From an uncultured Planctomycetota bacterium (lineage in GTDB: Bacteria > Planctomycetota > Planctomycetia > Isosphaerales > Isosphaeraceae): DNA of 64,000 nucleotides. The stretch is taken from positions 576,001-640,000 of the forward strand of contig CAWGMQ010000004.1 of assembly GCA_963823665.1 (NCBI GenBank), in the 5' to 3' direction. The position numbers and the translations under genes are program-made. Within the stretch, counting starts at the first letter, position 1, and every line of letters begins with the position of its first letter. The notes beneath the pieces were generated by a model. That model saw nothing but the letters and a program-made list of their open reading frames with translations, did not search any database and was not told the DNA's origin. Of this stretch, positions 34,994 to 44,226 are shown one piece after another.

Positions 34994-36769
34994 TCAGCGG
35001 GCAGACTGTCCTCGGGCCAGGCGGAAGCCTACTTCGCCGTGCCGGGAGTCCGCCGCGCTCCAGCTGCGGTACGCCGACCGGGCGTACCGGGGCTCGCCAC
35101 GCCAGCCGCCCCCCCGCCTCACGCGGAGGGAGGTCGCATCTCGTCCTCGCGGATCGACTGGCGAAGCTGCGGCGTAATACTCCTCGTCGTATCCATCCCA
35201 GCACCACTCCCAGACGTTGCCGTGCAAATCGAACAGGCCGAATCCATTGGGCCGTTTTTCGCCGACGGGATGCGCTCGGTAGCCGGAATTCCGAGCGAAC
35301 CAGCCAAACTCGCCCAGGCTCGCGCCGTCACCGTCGAAGCTCCATCTAGTCGTCGTCCTCGCCCGGCACGCGTATTCCCACTCGGCTTCCGTGGGTAACC
35401 GATAGCCAGTTCCATTCCAGTCGATGACCAGCACGGGGCCGACGCCTATCCGATAGAACGGCGGGCGGCCCTCCAGCTCGCTCAGCTTGTTGCAGAACGT
35501 CACGGCATCGAGCCAAGAAACCTGCTCGACAGGGTGCCGATCAGTCGACCGCCCCGCGACATCCTTCTTATCGTCAGTCGAGGACGACAGATTGCTCGGG
35601 TTGAGCCCCATCACCGCCTTGTACTCCGCCCGCGTGACCTCGGTAACGCCAAGGTAATACGGCCGAGAAATCCGAACGTGATGCTGTGGCTTTTCTTCCC
35701 CAGATGCGTACTCGTCACCATCAGGCGACCCCATCAGAAATTCCCCCGCCGGAATCAGCTTGAGCTTGATCTGCCCAACACGCGTGGTAATCACCTCCGC
35801 CCCGATTTCGCGCGTTCCCCGATCCACCACCGCCGCAGCAGTCGCCCGGTTCAACGCGATGGTATTCGCATCCATGGCACCGAGCGCCGCCTTACCGCGA
35901 GAACGATCAATCAACGTCACCCGCCCAGCTCGCCCCAGCAACACCGGCATCTGCCTCCGCCCGCGCCGATTCGACACGAAGTCGGGAACCTTGTCCTGCG
36001 TATACTCCGTCAGCTCCAGCAATGACACCTTGCCGTCCTTGTTGCTATCGGCCGCGCCCTTGAGCCCCTCGATCACATAATGGAAGAACACGCCGTGCCC
36101 ACCCCCCAGGTCCGCTTCTTCCCACGCAACCTCCCCGTCCGAGCACGAAAACAACGCCGCCACTGAGGCCGGCACCGCCGGCGGAGCAAACGGAATCACC
36201 CCGGTGTTCCCCTCGGTTGGATTATCCCGGCACGCGTCCACCAGCATCACCTTCACCCCGGCCTTGCATTGTTCGAGCTCACCGTAAAGCCCATCCAGCG
36301 AGATCATCGATTTGGCATCGCGGATGTCGGCATCCTGTGGGCAGAAAAACCCGGCGGAGCGCTCGACCTCATTTCCGGCGGCATCCTTGACTCTCACCTT
36401 ACGCGTCAGCCCATGGCCCACCAGCGCGACGAGCAGGCTGTCCTGCGGCTTGCGGTCACTCGCCAGCAAGCGGAACTCCTGCAGCACATTTCGGCCGCTC
36501 GGCAGGAACCGCGCGTCGCCCTTGTATCCGCGCTCCATCGTCAACACACGGACGTCCTCGGGGCGATAACCCGAGTCACGCAGAACCTGGGCCAGTGCTT
36601 CAACGTCGCGCTGAGGAAACGGCAGGGATGAAAACCCACTACCCGACGGATACTTGTCGATCCCCACCAGCAAAGCGAGCTTCTTACCGGGATGCTGCGC
36701 GAGAGCCGACGGGACCACGACAATCCAAAGTGCGAGAACCAGACCGGATCGAAAGGCAACACATGGCAT
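34994..36769 (-). CDS. Secreted caspase-like (peptidase C14) + FGE-sulfatase/CLec protein, paralog 1
   Basis: Signal peptide, KLALLVGID, VALVGHG, MLVDACR, HGVFFHYVIEGLKG; IPAGEFLMGS, YRLPTEAEWEYACRA, DLHGNVWEWC, RGGGW...GFRLAR. Confidence 0.93.
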   Translation of the reverse strand: MPCVAFRSGLVLALWIVVVPSALAQHPGKKLALLVGIDKYPSGSGFSSLPFPQRDVEALAQVLRDSGYRPEDVRVLTMERGYKGDARFLPSGRNVLQEFRLLASDRKPQDSLLVALVGHGLTRKVRVKDAAGNEVERSAGFFCPQDADIRDAKSMISLDGLYGELEQCKAGVKVMLVDACRDNPTEGNTGVIPFAPPAVPASVAALFSCSDGEVAWEEADLGGGHGVFFHYVIEGLKGAADSNKDGKVSLLELTEYTQDKVPDFVSNRRGRRQMPVLLGRAGRVTLIDRSRGKAALGAMDANTIALNRATAAAVVDRGTREIGAEVITTRVGQIKLKLIPAGEFLMGSPDGDEYASGEEKPQHHVRISRPYYLGVTEVTRAEYKAVMGLNPSNLSSSTDDKKDVAGRSTDRHPVEQVSWLDAVTFCNKLSELEGRPPFYRIGVGPVLVIDWNGTGYRLPTEAEWEYACRARTTTRWSFDGDGASLGEFGWFARNSGYRAHPVGEKRPNGFGLFDLHGNVWEWCWDGYDEEYYAAASPVDPRGRDATSLRVRRGGGWRGEPRYARSAYRSWSAADSRHGEVGFRLARGQSAR

Positions 36770-37010
36770 GGGAACCCGTTCCTTCAAGCCAACAACGCCG
36801 TTCACGACCTCGACGTCAGCAAACATTGCTCCCAGATGATAACACGTGCACCCGCCCGTCTGGTATTTACCCCCAACGCGGCAGAGCCGCAACCGCAAAG
36901 ATCGAGGGACAGCGCCCCCTCCAACAGGGACGACAGCCCCCCGCCCACGCCAGTTGGAGCCGGCTCCGCCCGGCGACCCGAGCCCAGCGTACGGCGCATA
37001 GATCCTCTCC

Positions 37011-37137
37011 GCGACCGCAGGTCTCCCCGTGTTGGGCGCGGGTCTCCGACCCCGACCTCTCGCCGCGACCGCAGGTCTCCCCCCGTTCGAGCGCGGGTCT
37101 TCGACCCCGCCCCCTTGCCGCGACCGCAGGTCTCCGA
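37011..37137 (-). repeat. Three tandem REP-like units (GCGACCGCAGGTCTCC)
   Basis: gcgaccgcaggtctcc occurs three times at about 55-bp spacing with shared gcgcgggtct.cgaccccg linkers. Confidence 0.88.
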
Positions 37138-37207
37138 GACGCGCGTACGGCCCAGAGATCCCACGGCGGAAGCCTCGAACCATTCCCGCGCCGATCCTGC
37201 CGGCATC

Positions 37208-38467
37208 TCAACACCGGTAGACAGGCGCGAGATGAACGCTCGACCCATGGCGCGGCGGGCCGGCGCCTCGCCGGCGCAGATCGGCTCGCTGGAACGCCAG
37301 CTCATCGCGGCCGTGGAATTGACCCCGCACACGCCGGCCCGCCGGGCCGCGCGGCGACCTCGGTGCCTGGTGCACAGGCGAATTTCGCCGGTGCCGGGGA
37401 ACCACGGGATGGCTCGACGAGCGATGAGCACGGCCCGGATGCTCGAGCGGCGTCACGCGCACCGATGACATCACCGCCGCAATCCCGATCAGTCCCACAC
37501 TCATCGCCGCAAGGCCGATCCGGCGCGGGCGGGTCATGATCGACGAGTGACCGCATCCGACGTCGTGCCAGGCCCGTGGCAAATCCCCGACCGCGCCAGA
37601 TCGCGGAACGCCGAGCGGTAGGGCGGCGTCGAGCGATTCGGCAACTCGCCCGAGTCGATCTACAAATTCGCTGCACGATCCCCACCGCTCCTCCGGCTGT
37701 TTGGAAAGAGCCCGCCCAACGATCGCGCGCTCACCCTCCGGCAACCCCGAGAGATCCGGCTCCCGGTGGAGGTGGCCCTCCAGGACCGTGCCGATCGAGC
37801 CTCCGAATGGAAGTCGCCCAGTCCTGAGCTGCACATAGGTCACCGCCACGGCGTACTGATCGCTCATGCGCGAAACCTGGCCCTGGATCTCTTCGGGAGC
37901 GATGTAATGGGGCAACATGCACCCCGAGTGAGGCTCGACTGCCCCCACGAGCATCTTCGCCAGCCCAAAGTCAGCCAGCCGCACCGAGCCCCCGGCCAGC
38001 AGGATATTACTGGGCTTGATGTCCCGGTGCTGAATGCCGGCAACCCGCCCGTCGCCCAGCGGATGCGCCGGCTCGTTCAAGTAATCAACCGCCGCCGCCA
38101 GCTCTTTCATGTATCGCAGCAGCTCGCCGGCAGGAATGCCGAGGCGCCCTTCGCCTTGGCACGCCCGCAGGCGGTCTGCCAAACTTTGATCGCACAGAGG
38201 CATTGCGAGTACCAAGTAGCTATCGCGCACGACAGAGAACTGCACATCGAGCAGATGCGGATGGTGCAGTCGGCGAACCACGTCGAGCGCCCGAAGCTCC
38301 CGGCCTGCCCGCGGATCGTAGAGCCAGATGAACTTGAGCGCCACGCGAAACCCTCCCGGCGCCTCGGCCTCCCAGACCACCCCAAATCCGCCCTGGCCCA
38401 GAAACCGAATCAGTCTGTACCCAGCCAGCGGCTCGGCACCAGCTTGGAGAGTGATCATTCCGGACAT
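37208..38467 (-). CDS. Hanks-type Ser/Thr protein kinase with a C-terminal TM
   Basis: LGQGGFGVVW, VALKFI, HRDIKPSN, LADFGLAK, YIAPE, SDQY; TM IGLAAMSVGLIGIAAVM; tail is low-complexity. Confidence 0.92.
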   Translation of the reverse strand: MSGMITLQAGAEPLAGYRLIRFLGQGGFGVVWEAEAPGGFRVALKFIWLYDPRAGRELRALDVVRRLHHPHLLDVQFSVVRDSYLVLAMPLCDQSLADRLRACQGEGRLGIPAGELLRYMKELAAAVDYLNEPAHPLGDGRVAGIQHRDIKPSNILLAGGSVRLADFGLAKMLVGAVEPHSGCMLPHYIAPEEIQGQVSRMSDQYAVAVTYVQLRTGRLPFGGSIGTVLEGHLHREPDLSGLPEGERAIVGRALSKQPEERWGSCSEFVDRLGRVAESLDAALPLGVPRSGAVGDLPRAWHDVGCGHSSIMTRPRRIGLAAMSVGLIGIAAVMSSVRVTPLEHPGRAHRSSSHPVVPRHRRNSPVHQAPRSPRGPAGRRVRGQFHGRDELAFQRADLRRRGAGPPRHGSSVHLAPVYRC

Positions 38468-38820
38468 GACCGTGGCGGCCACAGAGTCCGTATTCACCGC
38501 ATCAGGCGCCTCGAGCTCCCCGGTTGTGGCACACGCGTTCGTGCTCTTTCTCATATCCGAAGATCGACCTGGTCTCGAAGATGCGGTGGCCATGGGGGCG
38601 AGTCCTTCCGGCAGGGCAGGTGGTACTCATACCGAAAGGAGAACGTGCGCCGCCCCGCTTTCTTCCCCAAGCCGTCATTTTCTTCATTCTCGACGCGAGA
38701 AAACCCGCACGCGCCGCCGCCGGTTTCGCTCCGGCCACGACCCGCCGGGCTCCGCCCCGCGGCTCGGCCGCTCAGCCGGTCGAGCCTCCGCAAACCGGCA
38801 GCACTCCTGGCCTGCGACGC

Positions 38821-40503
38821 TCAGCGAGCAGCCTGGCCTCGGGCGACGCGAAAGCCCAGGTAGCCGTGCCGGGGGCCCGGCACGTTCCCGTACCGGGACG
38901 CCGACTGAGCGTAGTGGGGGCCGCGGCTCCAGCCGCCCCCGCGGTACACCCGGGAGGGGCCGGCGTCTGGTCCGCGCGGATCTTCCGCCGGTGAGTTCCC
39001 GTAATACCCCCCGCCGTACCAATCCCAGCACCACTCCCAGGCGTTGCCGTGCATATCGAACAGGCCAAAACCATTGGGGCGTTTCTCGCCGACCGGATGT
39101 GTTCGCCCGCCTGAATTACCGTCGAACCAGGCAAACTCATTCGCGCTCGCATCCTCATCGCCGAAGCTGTACCGCGTGGTCGTCCTCGCCCGGCAGGCAT
39201 ACTCCCACTCGGCTTCCGTCGGCAACCGATAGCCGGTTCCTTTCCAATCAATGACCAGAACGGCTTCGCCGTCAATTCGATAGAACTGAGAGCAACCCTC
39301 CAGTTCGCTCAGCTTGTTGCAAAACATCACCGCATCGAGCCACGAAACGTCCTCGACCGGATGTCGGTCAGTCGACAGCCCATTGACTTCCTTCTTCCCA
39401 CCACCGTTGGATGAGAAAAGGCTCGGGTTGACCACCATCACCGCCTCGTACTGCGCCTGCGTGACCTCGGTAACTCCCAGGTAAAAGGGCCGAGTAACCC
39501 GCACGCGGTGCTGCGGCTTTTCGTCGCTGCTGGCGCCATCAGGCGACCCCATCATGAACTCCCCAGCAGGGATCAGATTGAGCTTGATTCCCGCCACGCG
39601 CGTCGTAATCACCTCGGCCGCCGCACTTGCCTTCGCCAGGTCAAGCAACGTCACCCGTCCGGCCCTCCCCATCAAAACCGGCATCTGCCGCCGGCTACGC
39701 CGATGCGACACATAATCCGGCACCTTATCCTGTGTGTACTCCGTCAACTCCAGCAGAGATACCTTCCCGTCCTTGTTCGCGTCAGCCTCGCCTTTGAGCC
39801 CCTCAATCACGTAGTGGAAGAACACGCCGTGGCCACCGCCCAGGTCCGCCTCCTCCCACGCGACCTCCCCATCCGAGCACGAGAAAAGCGCCGCCACCGA
39901 AGCCGGAACCGCCGGCGGTGCAAACGGGATCGCACCGGTATTCCCCTGCGTCGGGTTATCGCGGCACGCGTCAACGAGCATCACCTTCGCCCCGGCGCGG
40001 CAGGTCTCCAGCTCGGCATACAGCTCGTCGAGCGAGATCATCGTCTGGGTATCCCGGATATCGGCGTCCGAAGGCCCGAAGAACGCGACGGATTTCTCCA
40101 CATCGTTGCCGGCCAGATCCTTGACCTTCACTCGGCGCGTCAAGCCGTGGCCCACCAGGGCAACCAAAAAGCTGTCCCCCGGCTTGCGATCGCCAGCCAT
40201 GAGCCGGAACTCGTTCAGGATATTCCGCCGGCTCGGCAGAAACCGCAGGTCATCTTTGAACCCCCGGTCAACCGTCATGACCCGGACGTGCTCCGGCCGG
40301 TACCCCGACTCAAGCAGCAGCTTCGCGAGCGCATCAACGTCGCGCTGCGGAAACGGCAGGGCCGAGAATCCGCTCCCCGACGGATACTTGTCGACCCCGA
40401 TCAGCAAGGCCAGCTTCTTGCCGCTTTCCTGCGCCTGAGCCGCCGAGCTCACGCCGACTGCCAAGGCAAGCAACACGCGAACGCCATGAACGATTCGAAG
40501 CAC
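38821..40503 (-). CDS. Secreted caspase-like + FGE/CLec protein, paralog 2
   Basis: Signal peptide (..SSAAQA), VALVGHG, MLVDACR, YRLPTEAEWEYACRA, DMHGNAWEWC, RGGGW...GFRVAR. Confidence 0.94.
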   Translation of the reverse strand: MLRIVHGVRVLLALAVGVSSAAQAQESGKKLALLIGVDKYPSGSGFSALPFPQRDVDALAKLLLESGYRPEHVRVMTVDRGFKDDLRFLPSRRNILNEFRLMAGDRKPGDSFLVALVGHGLTRRVKVKDLAGNDVEKSVAFFGPSDADIRDTQTMISLDELYAELETCRAGAKVMLVDACRDNPTQGNTGAIPFAPPAVPASVAALFSCSDGEVAWEEADLGGGHGVFFHYVIEGLKGEADANKDGKVSLLELTEYTQDKVPDYVSHRRSRRQMPVLMGRAGRVTLLDLAKASAAAEVITTRVAGIKLNLIPAGEFMMGSPDGASSDEKPQHRVRVTRPFYLGVTEVTQAQYEAVMVVNPSLFSSNGGGKKEVNGLSTDRHPVEDVSWLDAVMFCNKLSELEGCSQFYRIDGEAVLVIDWKGTGYRLPTEAEWEYACRARTTTRYSFGDEDASANEFAWFDGNSGGRTHPVGEKRPNGFGLFDMHGNAWEWCWDWYGGGYYGNSPAEDPRGPDAGPSRVYRGGGWSRGPHYAQSASRYGNVPGPRHGYLGFRVARGQAAR

Positions 40504-40580
40504 GAAAAGTCACTCCCGGTAAAACCACCCATTGATTGCTCCACCCGGCATTCTCTTCCACGCTTCCGGGCCACGCGCCC

Positions 40581-41774
40581 TTACAATCTATCATACCGCA
40601 CCGTCATCGCCGCCCGATGCACCCCAATGTGCCGCTGAACCGTCTCGAACGGCGCATCAATCGGCGCACCAGGAACAATCTCCGTGGCCTGCCTCGTCAG
40701 TGGCTCATCCGCCGGTTTCTGGCCGTCGTTCTCCCACGCCGCGGCAAATGTGATGGTGATCGACCCGATCTTCGCCGGATTCTTCAAAAAGCCGACCCTG
40801 GGATGATCCCTCGGCAACTCAGCGACCAAAAACGCGCTAGAAACCTTGTTGTTGCGGTACCACCCGAGGATGTCCCCGGCCGAATGCGCCTCAATCACCA
40901 CGTGCTCGTTCCTAGCACCCTTGTCGTCCCGAAACACAAACATGGAGAGCCCGTCGATGGTGACCGTCGACGCGACATCGTGACCGGCGTTGTTGATGAT
41001 GCGCACGGCGATGACCTCGCCCGGCTCGACTTTCAAGAACGGCGCACCGCCGCGCTCCTGCACCTCACGCGGTCGAAATGCCTCGGCCCGCGGCGCTTTG
41101 TCACCACTCTGCCGCGCCACGAGCATCTGGATCGCATACGGCGCCCCCTTGGGCCGTAGTGTGGCGCTCTTATTCTGGAACAAAACCTTGCCGTCGAGCC
41201 CGTCGAGCACCTTCCGGTCATTCTCGCCCGCCGGCGCCGAAGGAGGCAGAAAATTCGTCCCGCCCCCCAGCACCTGGATGTCCGCCAGATCCGTGATCCG
41301 CGGCTGCTCTTCGAGCTTCAGGTCCGTCTCCGAATTCAGCAGCACCGTCCCATTTCGCCGTTTCACCTGAAACGCGATCTTGCCAACCGCAAACCCCTGG
41401 CGCCGTCCATCGGTCTCCGCTTCGCCGAGAGCATAGGACCCAACGAAGATCAGATCCGCCTTGTTTGCGGCCTCCACCCCCTGGCCCTTGAGCTGCTCGA
41501 TGAGCTTGTCGGTGACCCCGGTTCCTGCGGTATGCGTCAGATCGCCGATGTCCGTGATCGCGTTCACGACGATTTGCGCCCCACCGTGCGCCTTGGCCAC
41601 CTTGGCGACAACCCGCGCAATATTGGCCACCGCCTTGTTCAAGGTCAGCTCGCGCGCCGGCTCGGTTCGGAAATCGCCATGCGCTGCGGGGCTCGCGCAC
41701 ACGGACGCGACGGCGAAGAACGTGGCCGCCAGCCGAAAACAGAAATCAACCGCCCGTGCGGGCTTTCGCTTCAT
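40581..41774 (-). CDS. Secreted hypothetical protein
   Basis: 397-aa ORF with a signal peptide, co-oriented within the caspase cluster; beta-rich C-terminal domain (VAVRIIN..STVTIDGLSMF). Confidence 0.75.
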   Translation of the reverse strand: MKRKPARAVDFCFRLAATFFAVASVCASPAAHGDFRTEPARELTLNKAVANIARVVAKVAKAHGGAQIVVNAITDIGDLTHTAGTGVTDKLIEQLKGQGVEAANKADLIFVGSYALGEAETDGRRQGFAVGKIAFQVKRRNGTVLLNSETDLKLEEQPRITDLADIQVLGGGTNFLPPSAPAGENDRKVLDGLDGKVLFQNKSATLRPKGAPYAIQMLVARQSGDKAPRAEAFRPREVQERGGAPFLKVEPGEVIAVRIINNAGHDVASTVTIDGLSMFVFRDDKGARNEHVVIEAHSAGDILGWYRNNKVSSAFLVAELPRDHPRVGFLKNPAKIGSITITFAAAWENDGQKPADEPLTRQATEIVPGAPIDAPFETVQRHIGVHRAAMTVRYDRL

Positions 41775-41830
41775 GGTCTGCGCTCCCTGGGCTCAATTCC
41801 TGAAACGGCGTTCTCATGCACTGTCGCAAT

Positions 41831-43687
41831 TCAGAGCTTGGTTACGGGCACTTTACCCATCTCGGTGACAACACGATGAAAAAGCGAGAACTCGGCGTCA
41901 TCTGCCCACAGCTCGCGCTCGAGCGCATGCGAGTCGAGCAGGGGCCCCAGCCCCAGCTCCTGAAGCTTGGGGTTGCCTCGGATCGCGGCCTGAAGCGCCT
42001 CGACCCCCGCAAACCCCAGCTCAGCCGCGACGGCCTCGGGCGTCAGGTCCCTGTTGTACACCTTCGCGGCCTCCCCAATCGGCTCGTTGATCCGCCGCAC
42101 CAGCTCGCGGATATCTGCCTTGGCCAGCTCGCCCGAGCGAAGAAAATCACCCATGACAACTTCAAGCGCCCGGAGGAACCGGTCCTCGTCGCGGGCAAGC
42201 AGCTTGTCCATCTCATCGGGCGCGAGGTGAAGCTGTTCGACCTTGCGTTTCGCGCCCGCGAAGACAGCCGGATGCCCGCGGATCTCATCTCGAAACGGCT
42301 TCATGCCGCTCGAATGACACGCCAGGCATGATAGTCCATTAACGATCTCAGGAGTTCCGGACGTCTGGCTTCCATCGCTGACGATCCCCACCGGCGCCGG
42401 TGCATCAAGCCGGTTGTCCTTGGCGTCGGCCAGCATATAACCTTGCAGACCATTGGGAAGATTAAAGACCACCTCTCCACCCGCCTGTTCAAACGCCTGG
42501 TCATCGAATGGATTGCCGCGGAATCGCGGCCCAAGCGGGAAAAGCAGCAGGTTCCCGCGCCCGGCGCTCGTCTTGAAGTCATAGCTGCGCCAGTAGGCGC
42601 CAAACGGCGTGCGATGCCGCTCAACCAGCCGGTTGTGCCGCGAGACCCCGCTCGTGATCAGCCCCCCGCGCTGAAGCGTGCCCTCGTCAAAGTTTTTCTC
42701 AAGCTGCACGCCCAGCCTGGCCTCCAGCTCCGGCAAATTCGCCGGCACCCTGAGCAACCGGTCATAAAGCGGCGGGCGCGATGCGGTGGCCACAAACCAG
42801 TCGCCGCGAATGACAGGCAACCGCGTCCCAGTGAGCTTGGCGATCTCGGACTCGACTTCCGAAAGGGCATCGTCTTCGGAGTGCTGCACGCCGTACGGAT
42901 ACGCCCGTTCGATTTCGTTCCAGTCGCGGGAGTCCCAGCCGTAGGCGCGCAGGTCGATGTTGAGAATCACCCGCGCAGGCTCGTCAATCGCGCGGGGCAG
43001 GGTAATCTCCGCCTGCCAGCTCAAACTATTGAGCAGCTTAGAGACAGCCGCGCGGTGGATTCGGATCTGTTCGTCCGATATGGCAGCATTATTATGCAGT
43101 TGTGTGAGCGTCAGATAGCGTTGAAACGGCCGGTCAGCCGGCTTGACCTTATTCGCGTCGCGAAGGTGGTCGCGGATGGCATTCAGTGTGGCCGCGTCGT
43201 CGATGAACGCCGGCACGCGCCCGGTGGCCTTGGGAAACGGCGCACCGGCGAGGATCCACTTCTCCAGAGTTTTCCGCTCATCAGCGCTCGGCTGCCGCTC
43301 GGCGTCGTCCGGCGGCATGCGAAACGGGGCCTTCCCCGCCCGCTGCCAGACGTCAGATTTCGCGGGATCGCCGGCCGTGACAAAGGGAAGCTTCTTGGGA
43401 TTCGCCGGCTTGGCCAGCAGCAGCTTGGGGTCGAGCACGTTGGTCAATCGCGTGCCCTGATCGTTGGGCCCGCCGTGGCAGTCATAGCAATACGTTTTCA
43501 AGAACGCATGCCCTTGCTCGGCGATCCTGGCGTCCTGGCCGCGGGCCGCGACTTGGCCAACACCCGCCCAGGGGATCAAAAAGCACAGCCATCGGACGCA
43601 CACCGCGATCACACCGTGCCGAAAGCGCACCCCTCGGGTGGCACTGGCTTGGCCAATGTTGCTCTGCTTGAGCGAACATCGAGGCAT
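41831..43687 (-). CDS. Secreted diheme planctomycete-type cytochrome c protein
   Basis: CYDCH followed by ..RMPP..ERKTLEKWI.AGA, and a second CLACH; SGVSRHNRLVERH..GAYWRSYDF. Confidence 0.85.
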   Translation of the reverse strand: MPRCSLKQSNIGQASATRGVRFRHGVIAVCVRWLCFLIPWAGVGQVAARGQDARIAEQGHAFLKTYCYDCHGGPNDQGTRLTNVLDPKLLLAKPANPKKLPFVTAGDPAKSDVWQRAGKAPFRMPPDDAERQPSADERKTLEKWILAGAPFPKATGRVPAFIDDAATLNAIRDHLRDANKVKPADRPFQRYLTLTQLHNNAAISDEQIRIHRAAVSKLLNSLSWQAEITLPRAIDEPARVILNIDLRAYGWDSRDWNEIERAYPYGVQHSEDDALSEVESEIAKLTGTRLPVIRGDWFVATASRPPLYDRLLRVPANLPELEARLGVQLEKNFDEGTLQRGGLITSGVSRHNRLVERHRTPFGAYWRSYDFKTSAGRGNLLLFPLGPRFRGNPFDDQAFEQAGGEVVFNLPNGLQGYMLADAKDNRLDAPAPVGIVSDGSQTSGTPEIVNGLSCLACHSSGMKPFRDEIRGHPAVFAGAKRKVEQLHLAPDEMDKLLARDEDRFLRALEVVMGDFLRSGELAKADIRELVRRINEPIGEAAKVYNRDLTPEAVAAELGFAGVEALQAAIRGNPKLQELGLGPLLDSHALERELWADDAEFSLFHRVVTEMGKVPVTKL

Positions 43688-43990
43688 CACGCCCTCCCGC
43701 AACCGCGAAAAGCCATTCACCGGCAAAAACACGTCCTCACCGGCGAGCTCGATCGCTCTCCGGCACCGAGAGAACGATTGGTCGACTTGTTTCTTCCGCC
43801 GTCTCGCAAAATTCTGGCGCCGCGCGTGGCGGCCGATCGCTTCGTGCAGACTTCCCGGACGCCTTGGATTATCCCACCGCGAAGGACGGCTCGCCAGCGG
43901 TCGGCCATCTTCCGCCCACCATCGATCCACGCCCAGAGTATTCGTCCGAACAACTCCCGCGCCGAGCGCGCCGTGGCCACGCTCTAACCT

Positions 43991-44050
43991 GTAGGGTGGG
44001 TGAAACCCACCAAGATTCCGGCATATGCTGGTGGGTTTCACCCACCCTAC
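43991..44050. repeat. GTAG-type REP doublet (perfect 22-bp inverted repeat)
   Basis: GTAGGGTGGGTGAAACCCACCA-16 nt-TGGTGGGTTTCACCCACCCTAC. Confidence 0.92.
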
Positions 44051-44226
44051 ACGAACGCTCCACTTGGTTGCAGCCAATGTCCGCGTTGGGCACGGCGCGG
44101 AGATAACTTCCCGATTTCCCAAGATGATAGCTTGCCTCGCTTCCTGCCCGCTCCGGCTACGACCGGCTCGGCTCCGCCTCTCCGCCGGTCGAGCCTACGC
44201 TGTCAACCATCTCCCTACTATATTGC

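Noticed and set aside
36770..37183. N-terminal extension of caspase-CLec paralog 1 in the ORF track
   Set aside because: It runs through the REP triple; the signal peptide and paralog alignment point to ATG 36769.
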